Shown here: piece after piece, positions 1 through 9,734 of the stretch
Position numbering within the stretch: the stretch's first letter is position 1
Layout: each line of letters starts with the position of its first letter
Assembly (NCBI GenBank): GCA_963789825.1
Contig: CAWBME010000006.1
Coordinates: forward strand, 974,612-1,038,611
DNA from: an uncultured Chloroflexia bacterium
GTDB taxonomy: Bacteria; Chloroflexota; Anaerolineae; Anaerolineales; E44-bin32
Direction of reading: 5' to 3'
DNA length: 64,000 nt
Notes under the pieces: generated by a model
Database searches by the model: none
What the model was told of the DNA's origin: nothing
The model's input: only the letters and a program-made list of their open reading frames with translations
Made by a program: the position numbers and the translations under genes

Positions 1-1425
1 CGGGTGATCCAGGCATCGGCCAGGCTCTCGCCGGAGAATGACCACGAAAGCGTGGTGCACACCCCGACGTCGATCTGCGTGGGATCGGCCTGGAAGTATT
101 GGATGGCCGGCGGCTGCTCCGGCTCTGCGGTCGGCTGCTCCGGCTCTGCGGTCGGTTCGGGCTCCTCGCCCGGGACAACGATACCGACCCAGACGGTCTG
201 GCCGAACGCCTGCCCGTTGGCGTTGAACATCTGCCAGAACCCCTGGTACGTGTCGGGCCGGCTCGGTGCTTCGAGCTCGACGTACATGTCGTAGGTCTGG
301 CCCGGCTTCACCGTGCCACTCACGTAGGTTGTCTCGCCGTCCATGTCCGACTCGAACTCGTTCCCGTAGACGTAGCGGATCGAGTACTTGTTCGTCCAGT
401 CGCACGTCCCCACGTTCTTGAGGCGCCAACCCTTCTCGAAGTCCTCGTTGGGATCCATTTCGACCGGATCCTTCATGTTTTCGTCATCGTAGTTCAGGTC
501 GGCGACATAGGCCATGGCGTCGACGCAACCCGTCGGGGCAGCGGTCGCAGTCGGCCCCGGCACCGGCGTGGCGGTCGGGACAGCCTGCGGCGGAGCGACT
601 TCCGCCGGCGTGAACTGCATGTATTGCTCGGTCAGGCGGGCGATCGTCCCGTCGTTGGTCAGATCGACCAGCGCCTGGTTGACCGCGGCCAGCAGCGTCG
701 GCGATCCCTTGGGCAGGGCGATGGCGTAGCGCTGCTGGGTGAGCCCGGTGCCGGCGATCTCAACGCCGCCGAGCGGCGACCGCTTCCTTCGCCGGCGCGT
801 CGTCCATCACGAAGAGGTCGATCGCACCGTCCTTGACGGCGGTGATCCCCTCATCGGCCTTGACATAGGTGAAGACGTTGGTCGGGGGCATGCGCCCGAA
901 CTCGACCAGATCCAGCAGTTCGGTCTGGTAGACGCTGGCGTCCTGGACGCCCACCCGGTACTGCGCGAGCTGATCCACGCTGGTCAGCGGCCCGATGCCC
1001 GCGCCTTGCTTCGCCAGTGCGACGCCGGCTCCGATGAAGTAGATATTGGAGAAGTCCACCGCCAACTGGCGCTCATCGGTGACCGAGATCGCCGCGATGG
1101 CGGCATCGATCTGCCCGATCTGCAGCGCCGGGGCGAGGCCGTCAAAGGCGAAGTCCGTGACTTCAGCAGGGACACCGATCTTCTGGCCGATGGCCTTGAT
1201 CAGTGCCACATCGAAGCCGTCCAGCAGAAACTGCTCGTTGTAGTACTCGAACGGCCGGTAGTCACCGGAGGTCCCGACGTGCATCTTCCCGTTCGCCTGG
1301 ATTCGCTCCCAGGTCGGGTCGGCCGAGGCAGGCACGGCCGTGGGCTCGGGAGTTGCCGCCGGCGCACAAGCAGCAGCCAGCAGCCCCAGAACCATCCCCG
1401 CTACGATTACGATCTTGAACTTCAT
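1..1425 (-). CDS. Lipoprotein with a family-3 solute-binding (amino-acid ABC SBP) domain, Pro/Thr linker and NBR1/FW-like Ig domain; 3' end off window; apparent frameshift ~765-775
   Basis: ORF 760..1566. The ATG at 1425 is preceded by GGAGGA and followed by a signal peptide with lipobox (LLAAAC). SBP motifs are present (GTSGDYRPFEY, DAAIAAISVTDER). After the stop at 760 the homologous sequence continues in another frame (GGVEIAGTGLTQQRYAIALP..., GWRLKNVGTCDW..., FWQMFNANGQAFG), colinear with the paralog at 2029..3697. Confidence 0.75.
111..152 (-). repeat. Perfect 2 x 21-bp tandem repeat inside the linker of the SBP lipoprotein (encodes PTAEPEQ twice)
   Basis: cggctgctccggctctgcggt occurs at 111..131 and again at 132..152. 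Confidence 0.9.
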
Positions 1426-2028
1426 CTTCCATCCTCCATTCATCAATTCAGCCAACCGTGCGTCCCGTGCTTTCCCCGCGACGCCCAGCATGGCATTCCC
1501 GGGCGCGCCCCGCATAGCGCACGACGAGCGAGCCGTTGCTCGCTCGTAGAACGACGTTGAATGCATGGGCAGGGTGGACTATATCACATCTGGCCATGTC
1601 GACAAGGTTCCTCCGATTGCGGCTTTCGTCTGGCGCATCCGGGCGCCTGCGTCTCTCCAAGGCACCGCTCAGATCGGATCCGCCTCGGCCGATCCCCGCT
1701 CTGACCACAACCCCTCACCACCCAGCTGTGTCTTCCTCCGGGCATCGCCGAGCGTATGGATTCGGAGGTCGGAGATTGCCGGATCTGTGGTCGGCCGCTG
1801 CGAGGATCTCGAAGGAGCCTGGCACGAAGGTGCAGTCAGGAAGGCTACCTCGTGCGCCTGGACAGGAGTCACCGGGTTGCCGAAGCCTTGCGGTCGCGCC
1901 GTTTGGAGGCGCCAGGCTCTGGCCGGGGGGATGGACGTCCACTGATCCGCCGCCAGCCCGTCAAGCGCTCGGGACAAAGGCGGGCTGCCCGCATGGATGC
2001 GCTTGCACGCAGGGATGGGTGGGCAGGC

Positions 2029-3697
2029 CTACCGGGCCTGATAGACAAGGGTGAGGTTGTCACCCGTGAAGAGCTGCAGTTGGTTCCCGGCAACGGCGTA
2101 GCGCGTGGCCCGTCTCAAAGAGGTAGAGGTACCTGTTCTCCTGGGAGTTCAGCTCCTCCGTTGGGCAGGCAAGCCTTGTGAACGAGAGGCTGGTGATCTT
2201 GAGGGTGGACTCCTTGGCTTTGTAGGTCCCTGTATAGGAGTTGCAGTTGGTGCTGCCCGACAGGGTTCTGTCCTCCGTGAACGAAGCCGTGACCACCGAG
2301 CCGGAAACGGGGTCAACCGGCTTTCCGGACTCATCCTGGATCAACACCAGGAACCAAGCCGGCCCGACCACGGGCGGTGGTGTTGGGGTCCACGTCGGCA
2401 GGGGCGCGGGCGTGACCGCCGGGCTGGGCGTGCTGGTGGCGGTCGGCATCGGCGTGTCGGTTGGCACGCTGATCCCTACCCGGAGAGTCTCCCCAAGAGC
2501 CTGACCGTTGACGTTGAACAATTGCCAGAATCCCATGTAGGTTCCGGATTCTTTCGGGGCCATCAGGTCGACGTACGCGTCATACGTCTCCCCGCTCCGG
2601 ACCGTCCCTGCGAAATTGGCTGGATTCCCTTCCATCCGGGCTTCGGCGTTGTTGCCGTGGACAAAGCGCAGGGAGTAGTCTTCCGTCCAGGCACACGTCC
2701 CGACATTGCGAATTCTCCAACCCTTGGAGTATGCCTCCCCCTTCTCGAGCTCGGGAGGGTTCTGCATGTTCTCGTCGTTGAAGCTGAGATCCTCGATGTA
2801 GGTCATTGCCTCGGTGCACGCTGCCGCCGACGGCGTCAGGGCTGCCGCAGGGGTCGGCGCGGCCAGGGGCGCGATCGCGGCAGGCGGGGCGTTCAGGTAG
2901 CGCTCGCTCAGAAGAGCGAGCGTCCCGTCATTGGCTAACTCGGACAGGGCGCGGTTGAGTTCGGCCTGAAGCGTCACCGCTCCGGCCGGGATGGCGATGG
3001 CATAGCGCTGCTCGTGGATCCCCCGGCCGACGATCTCGACTCCACCCTGGGCAGCGAGTCCTTCAGCCGGCGCCTGATCGAGCAAGAAGAGATCGATGGC
3101 GCCCCGCTGCAGGTCAGCGACAGCCTCATCTGCCTCGTCGTAGGCCGACAGCTGATCAGCTGGCATCGCACCGCTGGCCACAATCCGCCTCAGTTCGGCC
3201 TGATACACCGAGCCGCTCTGGACCCCCACCCGGTATGGGGTCAGGTCGGCGACGGCCGAAAGCGGGCCGATGCCGGCGCCTTGCTTGGCCAGCGCAACGC
3301 CAGCGCCGACATGGTAGACATCCGAGAAATCCATCCGCGCCTGGCGCTCGTCGGTGACCGAGATTGCGGCAATGGCCAGATCCACTTGTCCCAAGCCCAG
3401 AGCCGCGCCGAGACCCTCGAAGGCGAAGTCGTCAAGCTCGACCCGCAAGCCGAGCTCCCGGCCGATAGCCTGGATGAGGGCCACGTCGAAGCCATCCAGA
3501 CGGTATTGGTCGTTGTAGGACTCGAAGGGTGGGTAGTCGCCGGCGGTCCCAACAACCAGCCGGCCCGTGCTTTGGATCCGCTCCCAGGTGGGATCGGCCA
3601 GCGGGGTCGGGGTCGGCTCGGGGGTGAGCGTGGCCGCGCAAGCGCCGGTCAGCAGGCCCAGCAGCGCCCCGGCGACAACCATCGACTTGAAGGCCAC
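2029..3697 (-). CDS. Lipoprotein with a family-3 solute-binding domain, NBR1/FW-like Ig domain and C-terminal META (HslJ-like) domain; apparent frameshift ~2105
   Basis: ORF 2060..3859. The likely start is GTG 3697 after AGGAGG (MAFKSMVVAGALLGLLTGAC lipobox, parallel to the paralog). It has an SBP core, then GWRIRNVGTCAW...FWQLFNVNGQALG, then CNSYTGTYKAKESTLKITSLSFTRLAC. The last 20 aa of the ORF look out of frame. The alternative frame gives ATRYAVAGNQLQLFTGDNLTLVYQAR-stop at 2029, a typical META ending. Confidence 0.75.
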
Positions 3698-3921
3698 TCT
3701 TCTACCTCCTGGGCGCGTGCTTCGCGTCGGAACGGCCGAGCCTTGGCACCCGTCGCTGGAACGGAGAAGGCGGGACACACACGCCGGCCATCTGGCGAAG
3801 GTCCTGTCCGGCCCGATGCAGTCAAGCGTGCGACCGAGTGTACTACCGGTCGGGGGCATCGCGACGGGGCGCCATTCGCCTGGGCTATACTCCCCAAGGC
3901 CTCGCGCCCCGACCGACGTCC

Positions 3922-5211
3922 ATGATGATCCGCCCAGTGCTCCTCCTCGTCACCACCCGGACCTACCGTGCAGGCGCCTTCCTGCGGGCCGCCGAACGCC
4001 TGGGGCTGCCGCTGACCGTCGCCACGGACCACCCTCTGGCCTGGCGCACTGGCCCGCCGACCGGCCTGCTGGCGCTCGACTTCGACCATCCGGCGGAAGC
4101 CGCCGAAGCACTCCTCACCACGCCCGGGCCGGGATTCCAGGCTGTGCTCTCGGCCGAGGACGAAGGCGTGATCGCGGCAGCCGCCGTCAGCGCCCGTCTG
4201 CACTTGATGCACAACTCGCCGGAGGCGGTCGCCATCACTCGCGACAAAGCGCGTTTCCGCCAGCAGCTGGATCATGCCGGCCTGGAACTCAACCCACGAT
4301 TCTGGATCCTCTCCCTTCAGGCCGATCCAGAGGATGCCGCTGCACAGGTCCAGTACCCGTGTGTCCTGAAGCCGCGCGGCCTCGCCGGCTCACGCGGCGT
4401 GATCCGTGCCAACGACCCGGGGGAGTTCGTGGCTGCCTTCCGCCGGACGGCGCGGATCATCCAGTCCGAGGCGCCCCAGGATCCGCAGGACATCCATACG
4501 ACGCTCCTGGTTGAAAGCTACCTCCCCGGATCGGAGCACGCCCTGGAGGGGTTGCTCAGCGACGGACGGCTGGAGCTGCTGGCGATCTTCGACAAACCGG
4601 ACCCGCTCGTGGGACCGTTCTTCGAGGAGACGCTCTACGTCACACCCTCGCGGCTTGAGCCAGGGTTGCGGCAGGCGGCCCAAGCATGCGTTTCGCAGGC
4701 GGTGTCCTCGATCGGCCTCACCCACGGCCCGGTGCATGCCGAGGTCCGGGTGCACGAGGGCCGGGTGTGGATCCTGGAGATCGCCGCCCGCTCGATCGGT
4801 GGCCTGTGCTCACGCGCGCTGCGTTTCGAAGGCGGTCGTTCGCTCGAAGAGATCCTGCTGCTCCATGCAGCGGGCCTGCCGCTTCCCAGCTTGCGGTTGG
4901 AGCCGGCCGCCAGCGGGGTGATGATGATCCCGATTCCGGGGGCCGGCACGTTGCGCAGCGTCGAGGGCGTCGAAGCCGCCGCTGCCGTGCCAGGCATCAC
5001 CGAGGTGGTGATCGAGCTTCGGCCGGGAGAACCGGTTGTGCCGCTGCCCGAAGGCGGCGCCTACCTGGGCTTCCTGTTCGCCGAAGGCGAGTCACCTGCC
5101 CAGGTCGAGGGCTCGCTGCGGTCCGCTCATGCCTGCCTGCGGATCGACCTGGCCCCCCCAGCCGACGCTTTGGAGCTTGCTGAAAGACGTGCTTTCGACC
5201 TCACCCCCTGA
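3922..5211 (+). CDS. ATP-grasp domain protein (carboxylate-amine ligase-like)
   Basis: ORF 3838..5211 with internal start MMIRPVLLLV at 3922. ATP-grasp hallmarks are present: TRDKARFRQQL, YPCVLKPRGLAGSRGV, LLVESYLPGSEHALEGL, HGPVHAEVRV..WILEIAARSIGG. Confidence 0.7.
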   Translation: MMIRPVLLLVTTRTYRAGAFLRAAERLGLPLTVATDHPLAWRTGPPTGLLALDFDHPAEAAEALLTTPGPGFQAVLSAEDEGVIAAAAVSARLHLMHNSPEAVAITRDKARFRQQLDHAGLELNPRFWILSLQADPEDAAAQVQYPCVLKPRGLAGSRGVIRANDPGEFVAAFRRTARIIQSEAPQDPQDIHTTLLVESYLPGSEHALEGLLSDGRLELLAIFDKPDPLVGPFFEETLYVTPSRLEPGLRQAAQACVSQAVSSIGLTHGPVHAEVRVHEGRVWILEIAARSIGGLCSRALRFEGGRSLEEILLLHAAGLPLPSLRLEPAASGVMMIPIPGAGTLRSVEGVEAAAAVPGITEVVIELRPGEPVVPLPEGGAYLGFLFAEGESPAQVEGSLRSAHACLRIDLAPPADALELAERRAFDLTP

Positions 5212-5430
5212 GCCCATCTCCGCAGACGGCACACGGGTACGCCATGAACTGTGGCGGCGAGAGGGGGACACGATCTGGGGGTTTGGGGGACCCAGCTCCC
5301 CCCACCCCCCAGGAACATCCACCCCTTCCCCGGCGGGACTCGTGTGCGTCGCGGATGTCGGCTCATGCAGGGGGAGGGGCTAGGGCGAGAGGGTTGGACG
5401 ATGACACGGCGTTCTTCAGCAGCTTGCCAG
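5172..5430 (+). repeat. MITE-like palindromic dispersed repeat, copy A (~259 bp)
   Basis: It aligns end to end with 53312..53568 (same orientation) and 41940..42189 (inverted). Its termini are inverted (GGAGCTTGCTGAAAGAC ... GTTCTTCAGCAGCTTGCC), and the left half is largely complementary to the right half. Confidence 0.8.
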
Positions 5431-5555
5431 ATCCGAGCGAGTACAATGGTGCAGTTTGACCTGCGGTCTGTCGTGCGCCTGGGTCGATGGGGAGCGACGA
5501 TGGGCATGCTGGGCAGCATGTGTTGGTTGTTCAACTCAGGATGTGGAGGCAAGGC

Positions 5556-6155
5556 ATGATCACGGTGACCGAGTCGGCCAGGCAGAAGATCTTCGAGCTG
5601 CAGCAATCGCGCGGCCTGACCGATGCGCTGCTGCGCGTCGGGATCCGTGGCCGCGGCCCGAATGGTTTCCTATACACACTGGCCTTCGCCACCCCGGATG
5701 CCGAGCAGCCCGACGACACACGCATCGTCCTCGATGGCGTCACGGTGCTCGTGGACGCCGAGAGCATGGACTATCTGCAGGGCGCCAGCGTCGACTTTGT
5801 CGACACGCCCGACGAGTCCGGCTTTCGCGTCGACAACCCCAACCCGTTGTGGCGAGACCCGGCCTCGCTTGCGGTGCAGGCGGTCATCGACGCCAAACTC
5901 AATCCCGCTCTGGCGTCCCACGGCGGATTCGTGCAGCTCCTACAGGTCGACCGAGATACGGCCTACGTCGCCCTGGGAGGCGGATGCCAGGGCTGCGGCA
6001 TGGTCGACGTGACGCTCAAGCAGGGGATCGAGGTCATGATCCGCCAGGAGGTTCCGGCGATTGAGCATGTCGTCGATACGACGGACCATGCCGGTGGAAC
6101 CAACCCGTACTACCGGCCGTCGAAGGGCGGCCAATCGCCGTTGGCCAAGAGCTGA
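5556..6155 (+). CDS. NfuA-like Fe-S cluster carrier (degenerate HesB/IscA domain + Nfu C-terminal CxxC domain)
   Basis: ORF 5487..6155. The ATG at 5556 follows GGAGG. The N-terminal A-type-carrier-like fold starts MITVTESARQKI, and the C-terminal region reads HGGFVQLL...LGGGCQGCGMVDVTLK. Confidence 0.8.
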   Translation: MITVTESARQKIFELQQSRGLTDALLRVGIRGRGPNGFLYTLAFATPDAEQPDDTRIVLDGVTVLVDAESMDYLQGASVDFVDTPDESGFRVDNPNPLWRDPASLAVQAVIDAKLNPALASHGGFVQLLQVDRDTAYVALGGGCQGCGMVDVTLKQGIEVMIRQEVPAIEHVVDTTDHAGGTNPYYRPSKGGQSPLAKS

Positions 6156-6409
6156 ACCGAAACCCAAGGAGCCTGCGCCAACCGGGCCGGGCCGAAGTCG
6201 ACTTTCGCTCGTCGAGCGGGCGTGATAGAAACCTGGTGTTGCCTGACCCGAGTCCGAACCTCCTCGGTGGTGATTGACTCTCAGGCACCCGATCCCGCTG
6301 TCTCCGCAGGGCGCTTCCGCCCCACAGGGCAGTCCTGACGATTCGGCATGACCGCCCCTCTCGATCCGGCCCTCCCAGGAGCAGGCACTCGAGCGCCTGA
6401 GAACTCAGC

Positions 6410-7711
6410 ATGCAACATCTAGGCAGGCAACAGCGCAAGGTCGTCGACCTGTATCGGGAGTTTCCCAAGCCGTTCTGGACGCTGGTCGGGGCCACGTTCG
6501 TCGACCGGCTTGGCGGCGCACTGCTCTTCCCCTTCTTCGCCCTGTACTTGACCGACCGCTTCCAGATCGGTATGTCCGAGGTCGGCGTGCTGTTCGCCAT
6601 CTGGTCATTGGCGGCATTCCCTGGCAGCCTGCTGGGCGGAGCCCTGGCCGACCGCATGGGCCGCAAGTACCTGCTGATCTTCAGCCTGCTGGCCAGCTCC
6701 CTGAGCACACTGGCCATGGGGTTCGTGAGCTCACTGCAGGCCTTCTACCTGCTGGCGTTGGTGTCGGGGGTGTTCACCGAGGTCGGGGGCCCGGCCTACA
6801 ACGCCATGGTCGCCGACCTGCTTCCGGAACGTCAGCGGGCCCAGGGCTATGGGATCCTCCGCGTGGCCTTCAACGTGTCGGTCGTGCTCGGGCCGGCGAT
6901 CGGCGGATTGCTGGCCGCTCGTTCCTACCTGTTGCTGTTTGTCATCGATGCTGTGATCAGCGCCGGCGTGGCGCTGTTCGTCTGGTTGGCCATGCCGGAA
7001 ACCCGCCCCGCGCCCCACCCGGACGCCAAGCCCGAGAGCGTTGGCCAGACCTTCGCCGGCTACCTGGTCCCGCTGCGCGATCGGGTCTTCCTGCTGTTCC
7101 TGCTCGCCGGCATGCTGGCATGGTTCGTCTACATGAATATGAACACCACGCTGGGGGTCTACCTGCGCGACGACCACGGCATCGCCGAGAACCTCTACGG
7201 CTTGATCCTCAGTCTGAATGCCATCATGGTGGTCTTCCTGCAATTCCCCATCACCCGCTGGATCGCGCCCTACCGTCCGATGCGGGTGATTGCGGCGGGG
7301 ACGGCGCTGTACGCCGTCGGCTTCGCCATGTATGGCGTCACTTCCACCTACGTCATGTTCCTACTGGCGATGGTCGTAATCACTGTCGGCGAGATGGTGA
7401 TCGCGCCGGTCTACCAGGCGATGGTCGCCGATCTCTCCCCGGAGGCAATGCGCGGGCGCTACATGGCGGTCTCCGGCTTCGCCATCGGCATCCCGTATGC
7501 GATCGGGCCATTGATTGCCGGCAACATCATGGACAACCACGACAGCCGATTGCTCTGGTACTTGTGCGGCGTGGTCGGGATGATCTCGGTGCTGGTCTAC
7601 CTGTATCTGGATCGGTTGGTGCACCCAGCCCCCCGCCCGGCCGAGGCCGGGCTGGCCGCCGACCCCCCAGCGTCCACCCCCGGCTCGATGGATCAGGAGG
7701 CCGTCCGATGA
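6410..7711 (+). CDS. MFS transporter
   Basis: 433-aa ORF with ~12 predicted hydrophobic helices and the MFS loop motif GALADRMGRKY. Confidence 0.8.
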   Translation: MQHLGRQQRKVVDLYREFPKPFWTLVGATFVDRLGGALLFPFFALYLTDRFQIGMSEVGVLFAIWSLAAFPGSLLGGALADRMGRKYLLIFSLLASSLSTLAMGFVSSLQAFYLLALVSGVFTEVGGPAYNAMVADLLPERQRAQGYGILRVAFNVSVVLGPAIGGLLAARSYLLLFVIDAVISAGVALFVWLAMPETRPAPHPDAKPESVGQTFAGYLVPLRDRVFLLFLLAGMLAWFVYMNMNTTLGVYLRDDHGIAENLYGLILSLNAIMVVFLQFPITRWIAPYRPMRVIAAGTALYAVGFAMYGVTSTYVMFLLAMVVITVGEMVIAPVYQAMVADLSPEAMRGRYMAVSGFAIGIPYAIGPLIAGNIMDNHDSRLLWYLCGVVGMISVLVYLYLDRLVHPAPRPAEAGLAADPPASTPGSMDQEAVR

Positions 7712-8514
7712 GTCTGATGCGCAGAGTCGACGAGGCACGCAAGGGTTACGCCACCGGGGACGAGGCGCTCACGGCGCACGCCCATGCGCCCGATCGAATC
7801 GCACAGGCAGCCCGCGAGGAGCATGGCGGCGCCGCTCAGCAGTACCTCGGCGACATGGTGTACGGCGGCCTGGACGGGATCATCACCACGTTCGCCGTTG
7901 TCAGCGGCGTCGCCGGGGCCCAGTTGGGAAGCGACATCGTCCTGGTGCTCGGCCTGGCGAACCTGCTGGCAGACGGCTTCTCGATGGCGATCGGCGCCTA
8001 CCTATCCTCCAAGAGCGACCAGGAGTACTATGATCGCGAGCGTGAACGCGAACGCTGGGAGGTCGAGCACTATCCGGAAGGCGAGAAGGCCGAGTTGCTC
8101 GAGGTGTATCGCAACCGAGGCTACGATTCTGCCGATGCCTCCGCCCTGGTCGAAATCCATTCCCGCCACCCGGATCGTTGGGTCGAGACGATGATGTTCG
8201 ACGAATTGGGCATGGTCAAGGACGAGCGCAAGCCGACGCGCAGCGCCCTGGCAACCTTCGTCGCTTTCCTCATCGCCGGGTCGGTGCCTTTGCTGGTATT
8301 CCTGATCGGCCTGGTTGTGCCGATCCCAGCCCAGACGGCCTTCTGGGTATCGCTGGTTCTCTCGGGCGTCGCCCTGTTCCTGCTGGGTGCGGCCAAGGTG
8401 CTGGTGACGCAGCGCAGCCTGCTGCGCAGCGGCATGGAGACGCTGCTCGTGGGAGGCCTGGCAGCCGGAGTGGCGTATGGGGTTGGGGCGCTGCTCAGGG
8501 GCCTGGTCGGCTGA
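7708..8514 (+). CDS. VIT1/CCC1-family iron/manganese transporter
   Basis: The start ATG 7708 overlaps the MFS stop (ATGA). Family motifs are present: YGGLDGIITTFAVVSG, NLLADGFSMAIGAYLS, and an acidic EYYDRERERERWE helix. Confidence 0.8.
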   Translation: MSLMRRVDEARKGYATGDEALTAHAHAPDRIAQAAREEHGGAAQQYLGDMVYGGLDGIITTFAVVSGVAGAQLGSDIVLVLGLANLLADGFSMAIGAYLSSKSDQEYYDRERERERWEVEHYPEGEKAELLEVYRNRGYDSADASALVEIHSRHPDRWVETMMFDELGMVKDERKPTRSALATFVAFLIAGSVPLLVFLIGLVVPIPAQTAFWVSLVLSGVALFLLGAAKVLVTQRSLLRSGMETLLVGGLAAGVAYGVGALLRGLVG

Positions 8515-8614
8515 CTCCGGCGCGGCGCGACCGGGAATCGCGGCCGCCGCACAGCCTGAGGAGGTTTCTCAAGACGATCGGTCGCCCAATCCGGCGGACC
8601 CGGAGGAGAGAGAG

Positions 8615-9130
8615 ATGGACCAACGTCAACGCACGGGGCTCGCCGGGGGGATCCTACTGATCGTGCTCGGCGCCTGCTTGCTGCTCGTCCGCATGTCGCC
8701 CGACTTCCAGGCGCTGCTTCCGCAGAACCTTGGCTGGCCGCTCATCCTGGTCGGCGTCGGCGCACTGCTGCTCGTGATCGGCCTGATCAGCGGCAACGCG
8801 GCGATGGCGGTGCCGGCGTGCATCGTCGCCGGGATCGGACTGATCCTGAACTACCAGGTGGCCACCGGCGATTGGGGCAGCTGGCTGTACCTGTGGGCCC
8901 TGATCCCGTTCTTCGCCGGGCTGGGGACCGTCCTGGCCGGCATCCTGGGGATGAATCCCCACCCGGTCCATTCCCGACGGGCTTTGGACGATGGTGGTCA
9001 GCCTGGCGCTGTTCCTGGTTTTCTCTTCGATCTTCGGCGGCCCAGTGCCGGCCGGCCCCTACTGGCCGGCGCTGCTCATCGCCCTGGGCCTGGCGGAACT
9101 GATCCGCAACATCTTCCGCGCCGGGAGTGA
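8615..9130 (+). CDS. Polytopic membrane protein (DUF5668/LiaF-N-like), apparently frameshifted twice
   Basis: ATG 8615 follows GGAGGAG. The native-looking hydrophobic sequence moves from the 8477 frame to the 8991 frame (MVVSLALFLVFSSIFGG...LIRNIFRAG) near 8970. The stop TGA 9128..9130 overlaps the next gene's GTG (GTGA). Confidence 0.45.
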   Translation: MDQRQRTGLAGGILLIVLGACLLLVRMSPDFQALLPQNLGWPLILVGVGALLLVIGLISGNAAMAVPACIVAGIGLILNYQVATGDWGSWLYLWALIPFFAGLGTVLAGILGMNPHPVHSRRALDDGGQPGAVPGFLFDLRRPSAGRPLLAGAAHRPGPGGTDPQHLPRRE

Positions 9131-9734
9131 GCGCGGCCGCCTTGCGACGGAGCGCTGTGTACTGGGGGATCGGGCTGATCGGCCTGGGCCTCCTGCTGCT
9201 GCTCGACAGTCTGGGCCTCCTGCCTTTCGATCTGAGCGGACTGGTCATCCCCATCCTCCTGATCCTTGCCGGGATCTGGGTCATTTGGGGACTCTCCGGC
9301 GCCAGGCGCAGCGCAGGCGCGACCGTGCTGCGGGCGCCACTGGAAGAGGCCTCGTCCTCGAGCTGGATCTCCGCCACATGGGGGGACGCCTGAGACTGGA
9401 TGGCTCGAGCACCGAGCCAGATGTGCTCACGGCTCAGTTCGCCGCCGCCGCGCGCCATGAGTTGGTGCGCAGCGGCGGGACGCTCAAGCTGAGCCTGCGC
9501 CCGGCAGACGACTGGGCGTTCCTCGCCGCGCCCTGGGCCTGGCAGCCAGGCGATCCGCCGCACTGGGCCGTGCATGTCCCAACGACGGTTCCCGTTTCCG
9601 CGGCGGTCCAGCTCCGTCGGTTGATTCGAGAAGAACTCCGAGGCATGGCCGGGCATGGTCCGAGCGCTGTTCGACAGCCGGCGCATGGATCACACGGAGG
9701 ATCGAGATGCACAAGTCGCGGCCACAGATCCTGA
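9127..9734 (+). pseudogene. LiaF-like protein (TM N-terminus + beta-rich C-terminal domain), fragmented by frameshifts; 3' end uncertain
   Basis: ORF 9127..9393 gives the TM part (YWGIGLIGLGLLLLLDSLGLLPFDLSGLVIPILLILAGIWVIWG). The continuation LELDLRHMGGRLRLDGSSTEPDVLTAQF...TLKLSLRP lies in the 8991..9734 frame. Confidence 0.35.

Noticed and set aside
5036-5383. ORFs translated across the dispersed repeat (also 41930..42463 and 53070..53486), which share peptide similarity.
   Set aside because: The similarity comes from the nucleotide repeat. The frames differ between copies and the element is palindromic, so this is not a protein family.
6156-6409. Possible metal (e.g. Mn/yybP-type) riboswitch upstream of the MFS-VIT1 gene pair.
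   Set aside because: I could not find the conserved core sequences or a convincing four-way junction by eye. It would need a covariance-model scan.
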